Below are positions 23,391 to 32,000 of a DNA stretch of 32,000 nt, one piece after another (position 1 is the first letter of the stretch; every line of letters begins with the position of its first letter). Source of the DNA: Zygophlyctis sp. KS116 (lineage: Eukaryota; Fungi; Chytridiomycota); the NCBI GenBank assembly GCA_054661495.1, contig BAAFSQ010000001.1:1-32000 (forward strand). The letters run 5' to 3'. The notes beneath the pieces are model-generated. The model saw only the letters and a list, made by a program, of their open reading frames with translations, searched no databases and had not been told where the DNA came from. The translations under genes were made by a program, and so were the position numbers.

Positions 23391-26300
23391 ATGGATACAC
23401 GTCCAGTCTTGAAATTCAAAAATGTATATCCACAGGCACCACCAAAGCCAATTTACACAAATGTAAAGATTGATGTTTTATCTAAAACAAGGCTTAAAGT
23501 ATACATTGATTTTTCTAATTACAGGCGAATCGGGAGTCTATAATGTTTCCATCCGGACAGTAAACTATTTTGCATTTATAAAAAGTTCAATAATTGCATT
23601 ACCTTTAGATAAGGACAGTCCAAAATCTAAAATATCTTTAAATCATACAGGAATGATAAATCTATTTAATGCTTCGCACCATGATCATGTAGTTGCGAGT
23701 ACGTGCCGACATGATTCTTCAATCAGGATATGGGATGTTTTTCCAAAAGAAGATCCTCAAATTTTAGAATCTCCAAAAGTCATTTTAAATGGTCATAATG
23801 GTAAAATTGAATCTATAACTTTTCATCCAATATTTTCTGATATTTTGGCCTCAACGTCAACAGACGGAACATTGAAATTGTGGAGTTTAAACTCATTCAA
23901 GGATAAATTATCTCTACAAACAAATGATGATTCTTTTCTTCAATCTATATGCTTTGATTATTTTGGTAATTCTATAATATCAATCAGTTCATGCTCAACT
24001 CTGCAATTGTACGATCCTCGATCGAGCAATTATCCTATTCAAAAGGTACAGACATTGAGTTCTAAAATTAAACCTGCAAAAGTAGTTTGGCTTCATCCAG
24101 ATCCCTTATTAGTCAGTACTGGTTTTGATAAAAATAGTAATAGGACAGTGTTTCTATGGGACACTAGAAGATTAGATAAACCATTGTCCGAAACTTCATT
24201 TGGATCATCTTTTGCACAATTGGAGCCAGTCTGGGATTCAGAACTTCCAGTACTTTATCTACCAGCCAGGAATGAGAGTCTAAATATAATGGAATTAAAA
24301 AATGGAAATCTTTATCGGACAAACAATGCAACGTTGGACAAAACATCATCATGTCTAGAAATACTTCCAAAATCTTTATGTAACACTAGTAAATGTGAAA
24401 TTGCGAAATTTTTAAGACTTGGGTAAATTGATTATTCTTTAAAAGCTTAGTTCTGATCAATCAATAGATACTCTTAGTATTCATGTTCCCCGTGTAAATT
24501 CAGATACTGTATTTCAGCAAGATCTATATCCAGTTTACACTCTTTCAAGCATCAAAGATTCAAGTTTTTGGTTTGATACATCTAAAGCAAACCAATTAGA
24601 TTCGGTTTTAGAACCGGATAATCCTCGTGTTCCTAGCGCGGCCGCTGAGTTTACAGTGCATGATGCAATCAAGCCTTTACACGCTCAAGATGAAATCCAA
24701 GACTCTTTGCACTTTGATGCATTCATGGAGACAAAAACCTGGTGGCTAACTAGAAATTGGGAGAAAGTTTCTGTAATCCTAAGAAACAAGATTTATATAT
24801 CTGTTAAAGAAAAAAATCTTGTATTAGTGGATTGCCCCTCGAATCTGGCTTCGTTTCATTTTGATGATAATTCTAATACTGCATCATTGAAATGGCCAAC
24901 TTCTGAAATATTACTCAAATTTGAAAATTTAACGCATATTGATATGCTCATTGATGCATTAAGTAGATTCAGTACCAAAATTTTTTCTGGGACAACATGC
25001 ACCTACCAGCCTGTTTTAGTGGATAGATTCCGAATTCTTGATACTTTGCAAAGAACGCAGGCTTTTGGAAATTGGCCCATCAGATATGCGATTTTAGAAA
25101 AAGACGCTATAATCTCGATATATAATGATAAAAATCTTGACGAGTCCGAAAAGATTCTTGATCTCGAAAAGCTGCTAGGAATATTTCCGGTCTCAATCAC
25201 CAGTCATCAATGCCCATCAGGAAGATTCAGCGTTCTTCCCATTTTTATGTTTAGATTAGTATTTGCTAGCTATCATTATTTATTTTGCGCCAAAACTGAA
25301 AAACAACGAGATAATTGGATAGTATCAATCGTCTACTGGACCCGAAAATACGACTTTCATCCTCCTAGATATCTAGTAACTGATTCAAATCAGTTATTTA
25401 ACATAGAGCTTCTGCAAATCACGCCTCAATCCAACACCGATATTGAAATTGGCGAACACTATATGATGTTGATATTATATGATTCAATACAGGTTGTAAA
25501 CGGCTCATACGATAGCACTTCAATTTGTTTAACAATCTCAAGATCAGATATTACTAATTTAAAGCCTGTGGGTGATTATATATTCATGCTTATTTTTGGC
25601 CAATACAAATCAATCACTTTCAGATTAGATTTTCAGCAGAATCAAGATTTGATGCAGGAATCATTCCAAGAATTCATGATGCAAAATATTCCATCTAGCA
25701 TTGGGATTAAATCTGACGAGGACCTTGAAGAGTTAACAAAGCTTTCTATTGATTCTAATACCCTATCTTTCTATATTGATGATAAAGTTTTTGATTCTAG
25801 CAGTATGTTTATGATTGTTTTTGGAAATTCAGGTGAATTACAAGCTTGTAAACCAAATTATAACTCTGTTTTTAGAGACTATGCGTGTTTACTAGAAACA
25901 AAAAGCGAAATATTTCACTGGAAAGGACCAAATTGTAAAAAACGCATTCATGCTAAAGCTCTTGATGTAGCAGTTAAAATTAGAAGATACAGAAACTTGC
26001 GTCCGAAATTAACACTTATTGAAAATGATGAACCGAAAGACATGCTAAAACTTTACTCACTCATTGGATACTTTGATCCTGATAAAGTAAAGGATGGTCC
26101 GAATATTATTCAAGGAGATTCTAAATTATTTCAAATCGACTCAAAAGCGAAATATGTTTCATCCAAATTGATTCTTGTAAAAAAGAGTCGCAGATTATCA
26201 AAAAATCTGCTAAAGCCAAATCTGGTCTTCATTGTAACTTTACAAAACATGATATTTTTATGGAATGGTAGTGTATCGAATCATTCAGACAAGGCGTTGG

Positions 26301-27553
26301 GCAGGACATTTTCCAGACATTTAGCTCATATAGTTAAAGAAAAATCACCCGCCATTTGTGAATGTATGGAAAATCAAGAGCATCCTTTATTCTGGGAAGC
26401 ATTTGATGATGTTTGTGGACCTCTTCCAATTCTAATGTGTCCCAATGAACCTAGAGGAAATATTGCACCAGTTGTGGATCAAAAAGAGATTGATTATAAG
26501 ATTTTTGAATATCCTACAGTTTATGAAGAAGAAGGACAGAACTTTAGAATGGTCAAAGTCTCTATATTTAGAATTGTGAATTTTCGCTTAAGACCAGTGG
26601 AAACTCTACCTGTTCTTCTAAAAACCTCTGAAAGTTATCTTGTATTATATTTATATCAAAAACCTCTAAGCGGTCTTACTAGAGCCATAAACTTCTTTTG
26701 GCAAGGATCGCAAAGTCCTGTTATTGACAAAGGGACAGCGGCAATGTTGACTATAGAACTATCAGAAGGATTTGATGGGGAATGCTCGCAAATACGACAG
26801 GTACAAGGAAAAGAATCTATTCAATTCTGCCGAATATTAGGCGGAGTAAATATTGTAGATTCAGAACTTTCCTTTCCAGTAGCATTTGATATTAGAGCAA
26901 AAGGACCTAATTTGCCGTGTAAATCATATCAAATTGCAGATTTTGAACAAATTCCATGGCACATCAATCACGTTATGCTCTTTTTATCAGCTCATGAAGC
27001 CTATGTTTGGGGAGGACAGTTTGCGTTAGAGTCTGAAATATTTTATGCAAAAGAACTTGCGACTAGATTTGGGATTTATGCAGTACAAGTTAACCAAGAT
27101 TTTCAAGATATGAATCTTGCAAAACTTGGAATCATTCACTTCAATGATCCAATGCATCATAGTTTAAGTAAATGCACGACTAGAAGATTCAATGAGAGGT
27201 TCTTTCAGACAGTATCGATCACAGGATCTGTTGAAATTCAACCTTTAAAAGACATGACTCAATCAGATTTAGAAGAATCTAAAGGGGAAATATTTATTCT
27301 TGATAATTTAGAAACAATATATGTATGGGTCTCTGAATCATGTAAACCATGCCAAATAAGTCTGGTAATTACTGATTTACGTAAAATGTGCACAAATAAC
27401 AGATTGCATGATAAAACCAAACTTTTTATCACATTTAAAGGCCATGAACCTTTTGAATTCAGATCATCCATTCACGGATGGAAGAATACTGGAATCAATA
27501 CGGATAAGGTGATTTCAGCAGAGGAATATCTCCAATTGTCAAGGTCAACATAA
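23391..27553 (+). CDS. Villidin-like (class 4) coronin: coronin WD40 + PH domain(s) + gelsolin/villin repeats, ~1360 aa
   Basis: Introns at 23499-23524, 23560-23585 and 24423-24450 make a single frame. Coronin features: KFKNVY, GHNGKIESITFHP, STGFDKNSNRTVFLWDTR, CEIAKFLRL, VPR..FQQDLYP. PH end FCAKTEKQRDNWI. Gelsolin repeats IFHWKG, IFLWNG, FFWQGSQS...DKGTAA, QVQGKE, MTQSDL...IFILD...IYVWV, GHEPFEF. Confidence 0.85.
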
Positions 27554-27706
27554 TTACAAGAGTAATCAAACGTGCAAAGACTGCAAACTTAATTCAAAGA
27601 TGAAAAGTGTGTTTTTATAATTCAAGAAACTTACTCCAACATAGCTGCGAGTAACGTCGCAAAAGACTATGATTTCATTTCTAGATTTTCTTGTGGGATA
27701 TTAATA

Positions 27707-28117
27707 TTATTTCATTTTTTTAAATCCTTGTGAATCATCCAGCTTTGAATTTTTAGTAGAATCTAAATTCATTAGTAACGATCCCATAATTATAAAAACA
27801 GCTCCAATCCACCATTGTACAGATAAAGACTCTTTAAACAATATCAGTCCTAAAATCCCCTTTAATTACTTTTAATTAGAGAATACAGTGGTTGCTAAAT
27901 TAGCAGAAGTATTGACTGTTGTAACTAGAATTGACGCTGGTGAGTCTGCTAAAGCTTTAGTGAATAACCACCACATTCCTCCATTCGATGCCATTACGGC
28001 ACCAGTCCATAAAATCCTAGAATAGGTATCATGGGCTCCTGAAGCCAATTTAGCACATACTGAAGCCAATGAAGCTAAAATACCAGAGAGCAGTGCTAAT
28101 CGTAAATGACTAGACAT
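27707..28117 (-). CDS. TMEM42-like small DMT-fold membrane protein, ~127 aa
   Basis: ALLSGILASLASVCAKLA, SNGGMWWLFTKAL, VNTSANLATT|GILGLILFKESLSVQWWIGAVFII (intron 27860-27886). Confidence 0.82.
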
Positions 28118-28156
28118 GAATACGTGATCAGTAAACAAATAAAATATCTTTTGAGA

Positions 28157-28555
28157 ATGGCAATTCTGATTCATAAGGAAAAGATATTCATATTATTGAC
28201 ATTATTCCTCATCATGTCATTATCTCATCCATACTTTCAATCCTTGGAAAATCCAACTGTAGATGTCAAAGTTGTTAAAAGAGATCTTTCACCGCCAACT
28301 ATCACCCATATTCCAATTACTGCGATTCCTGTCATTACTGCAATTCCTGTAATTACTGCAACCAATGTTCTTATTACCAGTATGACAATATCAGCCTTGC
28401 CGACAGGAATTACCCCGGACACTTCTACTGCTAGTACCATCAGTACGCCCAAACAAGTATCAAAAAGCTCTTCAATGCATGATCTCTCTATGATGCCATT
28501 ATTAACATTTTTAGGATTTACTATTCTATTGCATCAGTTTCTACAAGATGTTTAA
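28157..28555 (+). CDS. Small secreted or GPI-like Thr/Ser/Pro-rich protein, ~132 aa
   Basis: Hydrophobic N-terminus (IFILLTLFLIMSLS), dibasic VKR|D, Thr-rich core with ITAIPV repeats, then SKSSS followed by a hydrophobic tail LLTFLGFTILL. No family recognised. Confidence 0.55.
   Translation: MAILIHKEKIFILLTLFLIMSLSHPYFQSLENPTVDVKVVKRDLSPPTITHIPITAIPVITAIPVITATNVLITSMTISALPTGITPDTSTASTISTPKQVSKSSSMHDLSMMPLLTFLGFTILLHQFLQDV
28316..28360 (+). repeat. 18-nt coding tandem repeat (ITAIPV x2.5)
   Basis: attactgcgattcctgtc / attactgcaattcctgta / attactgca. Differences fall at third codon positions. Confidence 0.85.
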
Positions 28556-29828
28556 TAAATTTCTGATGTCTCGAAAATGGGTTATTGCAATGAGTGGATC
28601 TGCGGCAGCTTACTATTATCTGAAAGACTCTAAATCATCATTTTATTCTCAAGTTGCAATGCCGCTATTGCATATATTTACAACAGCCGAAGAGGCACAT
28701 AATCTTGCAATAAGACTCTTGAAAACTGGATTAACTCCAACAAACAATTCTGAATTTCCAGCTCTTAAAACTCAATTGTGGGGAATGAACTTGGATAATC
28801 CAATAGGACTAGCTGCTGGATTTGATAAGAATGCTGAAGCTATCGATGGGAATTTCGGATTTGGATTTGGAATGGTTGAAGTTGGATCGATATGTCCACT
28901 TGCACAGTCTGGGAATCCATTGCCTCGGTTTTTTAGATTGCCAGAGTACTACTAGTTATATAATAATTTTAGGGATAAAGCTGTAATTAATAGATATGGA
29001 TTTAATTCTCTCGGACATTCTTGGGTTGAAAATGCTTTAATGAAAAGATTACAAGATTATCATGGGAAATCCAAGATTTTTAGTCAAAAGATTAATGTAT
29101 TTGGACTACCAAATTATTTACCAAGATCTTTAAAAATGGAAAGATTACTAGGAATTAACTTGGGAAAGAATAAAGTCTCTGATCCAAATTCACATCAGGA
29201 TTATGTAGATGGTGTAGAGAAATTAGGTCCTTTTGCGGATTATTTAGTAGTAAATATTAGTTCTCCAAATACTCCTGGATTAAGATCTTTACAAAGAAAA
29301 CAAGTTTTACAAGATTTAATTGATCAAGTAAAGACTGCAAGGGATAAGTTGTATCATGTTCCTCCATTATTAGTAAAAATTGCTCCTGATTTGTCTGATC
29401 AAGAAATTGGAGATATCGCGTCTGTGATTATAAATACTGGAATTGATGGAGTTATAATCTCAAATACTACAATTTCAAGACCATCAGACTTAAAAAGTGG
29501 TATTATTTACAATCTTAAATTAATAGATTCAAGTTTAGTAAATGAAACTGGTGGATTGTCTGGTGCTCCTCTTTTCCCATTATCTTTATCAGTTGTTAAA
29601 AAGTTTTACAAGTTGACTAATGGAAAGGTACCTATTATAGGTTGTGGAGGTATATCTTGTGGAGATGATGCAATACAATTTGCAAAAGCAGGAGCTAGTG
29701 CAATTCAGATTTATACTAGTTTTGGGTATCAAGGACCTGGAGTCGTTTATAAGATTAAAAAAGAAGCAGCAGATATTTTATTAAAATTAGGGAAAACATG
29801 GCCAGAGATTGTTGGGTCGGATCATTGA
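28548..29828 (+). CDS. Dihydroorotate dehydrogenase class 2 (quinone, mitochondrial; Ura9-type), ~408 aa
   Basis: NPIGLAAGFDKN, QSGNPLPRFFRLPE|DKAVINRYGFNS, GINLGKNK, NISSPNTPGLR, VKIAPDL, SNTT, GGLSG. Introns at 28946-28972 and 29500-29526. Confidence 0.95.
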
Positions 29829-29878
29829 ACAAACAGTAGCACAGTCCTGAATTTAGGTCTGCACTCAAGGTTAATACA

Positions 29879-30448
29879 ATGTCAAGATTTTTGATTCCAG
29901 CCATTCTTTCACTCTATATAGTCAATAGAAAAGTTGTATCAGTTGGAATAACGCAAGGGTATTCCATGAGCCCAACATTCAATCCTAAAGGTGATCAGTC
30001 AAATAGAAACGATTGGGTTCTATTATCTAAATTCACTTCTGCATTCAATCGGGGAGATGTAGTCTTCTTTAAAAATCCACATAATCATCGACAAACATTG
30101 GTCAAGCGAATTGTTGCGGTTCCAGGCGATTTGGTGCGAAGGAAACCACCAGGGATCGCAGATCTTTTATTTATACCAGACATACTTTATAATTTCTCAA
30201 AAGGGATAATGCATCAGAACTTTGAAGGAGATACCTGGATTGTTGTTCCCGAGGGACATGTATGGGTTGAATCGGATTCAGAAGATGATCGAGTTGTGGA
30301 TTCTAGGCATTATGGTCCTGTGCCAATTGGATTAATTGTAGGAAAGGTTGAAATGATCTTATTTCCAATGGACAGATTTGGAAAATCTCTACAAGCTTCA
30401 AAGTCTAGAATTGTTGATGAAGGTCGTCTAATTACGAGACAAATCTAG
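29879..30448 (+). CDS. Mitochondrial inner membrane peptidase (IMP1/IMP2, peptidase S26)
   Basis: Catalytic Ser in GYSMSPT, Lys in LVKRIVA, VPEGHVWVE, DSRHYGPVPIGLIVG. Subunit identity is ambiguous. Confidence 0.88.
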   Translation: MSRFLIPAILSLYIVNRKVVSVGITQGYSMSPTFNPKGDQSNRNDWVLLSKFTSAFNRGDVVFFKNPHNHRQTLVKRIVAVPGDLVRRKPPGIADLLFIPDILYNFSKGIMHQNFEGDTWIVVPEGHVWVESDSEDDRVVDSRHYGPVPIGLIVGKVEMILFPMDRFGKSLQASKSRIVDEGRLITRQI

Positions 30449-30465
30449 TGCCAAAATGACAGCTT

Positions 30466-31804
30466 CTAATCACTATAATATTCATCAGAGTCATAATTCA
30501 AGATATCGAATTCCACCTTGTATCTCAAGAGTCCTCCAATACCACCAAAACCCCTCACAAATTGTGATCCTTCTTGTGATTTGTTTGTGACGAATTCTAA
30601 AGTAGTACCAAAGGATTTATAGTTTTCTGCAATCTAAAGTTTAAATTGGTTTTAATAAATACCCATTCCACAATAGTCATCTTATCAACAACTTCCAATT
30701 CTACTTTTGTTTCTGAATCTTCAAAAAGTTCTCTATTTGTTTCTTGATCCTTATTTAAAAATAAAACAGTTTCGGATCCTGTTTGAGGATTCTTGAGTAA
30801 ATATCGCATAGTTTCAAGATTTTCCCAAATAATCAAAGTTTCAACAGCTCCTAATTCTAATGCCTTGAAAGTATCATCAACACCAAAGCAATATTTTCCT
30901 GAATCAATTGAAATTTCATCAAAGTATTTTTGCAGTAATTTCTTTTCTTGGATAAACTTGACATTTGCGAGAAAATCTGCAGAAAGTTCAATCGCCTGAT
31001 TAAAACCATTTTCACCTCCATAAGACACATCCACCACCTTTACTACTTTAGCAGCCAATCTTTGATCAAAATTATCAGACTGTCCCAAGTCATTCTTAAA
31101 ATCAGCTGAACCAGCTAAAATGATTCCTGAAACATTAACCTTATCATTTGTTATATAATGTTGCACTGCCAATTCACAAATTTTAGAGACATAATTGTGT
31201 CTTTTTTCCTCTCTTAAACGTGCAAAACGTAGAGCAGACTGACCACCACGACCATGCTTCTTTGGCAAATCAACACTTAGACGCTGTAAAATTTCTCTAG
31301 TATTTCCAGCAAGAGTACCGAATAAAGTTCCATTACCATCCATTACAATAAATCCAAATTTAGAATCACATTCCAAGAGTTCTGATAGTGCCTCTGTATG
31401 AAACTTGTTATCACACAAATAAAGAGATGTGTTAATAGGCTTGAATGGTTCAAAATCAATATTGACTTTTTTCTCCTTTCCTTCATCAGTTATAATGGTG
31501 CCACAATACACAACCAAGCCATTCGTTGGCACTTTTGGATATAATTTAAGCCGCTGCTGTGTTGAAGTGATTGCCGATAGGACCGATAAACGATTGACTC
31601 TAGACTTGATATTAGATGCAGTTCCATATTCATCAGCCAACATTTTAGAGATCCTTGAAATCTGATCTTTAGGCTAATATTAGGTATTATGAGTACCGGA
31701 ATAATCAGGGATATCATTGAAGTTCCGTTGCCTCTAGCTGCTTCAAGAGACTTTATCAATCTCTTGACTTTCCACATCTCAATATTGGATTCTGTGTCGT
31801 CCAT
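30466..31804 (-). CDS. SUP45: Eukaryotic release factor 1 (eRF1), ~428 aa
   Basis: [12 protein letters not shown]|PKDQ (23-nt intron 31674-31696), TASNIKS, YLCDNKF, GRGGQS, and last exon ...[20 protein letters not shown]...DSDEYYSD* (intron 30634-30662). Confidence 0.97.
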
Positions 31805-31872
31805 TTCAAATCAAAAAAAATTTCCGGAAAAATTTAACTTTTTTGTTTTACAACAGAATTTTAATTTGATAG

Positions 31873-32000
31873 TTAAACTTGAATCTGCTCAATAGAATGT
31901 TTTTGAACAATCAAGACTGAGCAGTTGGAGACTTGATCAATCCATGCTTTTAAGAATCCCTTGTAACTCTTCATTCCGAGTATAATTAGATCTGTTCTAG
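31873..32000 (-). CDS. 3' end of a gene entering from the window edge, possibly the C-terminal USP-like domain of a Kha1/CHX-type cation/H+ antiporter
   Basis: Open frame RTDLIILGMKSYKGFLKAWIDQVSNCSVLIVQKHSIEQIQV*. DLIILG...SVLIVQ is the typical USP-like C-terminal pattern. Only about 41 aa are visible. Confidence 0.45.
   Translation of the reverse strand, partial: RTDLIILGMKSYKGFLKAWIDQVSNCSVLIVQKHSIEQIQV

Noticed and set aside
30430-30468. eRF1 readthrough/NMD autoregulation as described in plants and Neurospora
   Set aside because: The stop context is TAG-AAG, not a known leaky context, and I found no convincing 3' UTR intron; the region runs straight into the antisense IMP gene.

Overview
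AT-rich, very gene-dense eukaryotic nuclear DNA, not prokaryotic. The gene content (fungal-type Pkc1 with DYG, PP2A B'' subunit, coronin-PH-gelsolin fusion, class 2 DHODH) suggests an early-diverging fungus, probably a chytrid; this is inference. The ORF track is fragmented because genes are split by ultra-short GT-AG introns. I reconstructed 52 by hand, all 23-31 nt, and every spliced model closes in frame. About 20 protein genes are present. In order: partial APC amino-acid permease, PP2A B'', a myristoylated EF-hand protein, F-box/LRR, sphingosine kinase, SHPRH/Irc20-like helicase-RING, Pkc1, an AVT-type transporter, an RNA-binding gene pair, eIF1 (missed by the ORF track), a second AVT-type transporter, Pop5, a villidin-like coronin, TMEM42-like, a small Thr-rich surface protein, DHODH, IMP peptidase, eRF1, and a partial gene end. 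The most unusual locus is the pair at 15039-20528. One gene encodes about six Acinus-type RRMs with SAP-like repeats. Its neighbour fuses a coilin-like N-terminal domain to RRMs. The two share a duplicated two-exon C-terminal module. All family assignments come from motif recognition, not database searches.
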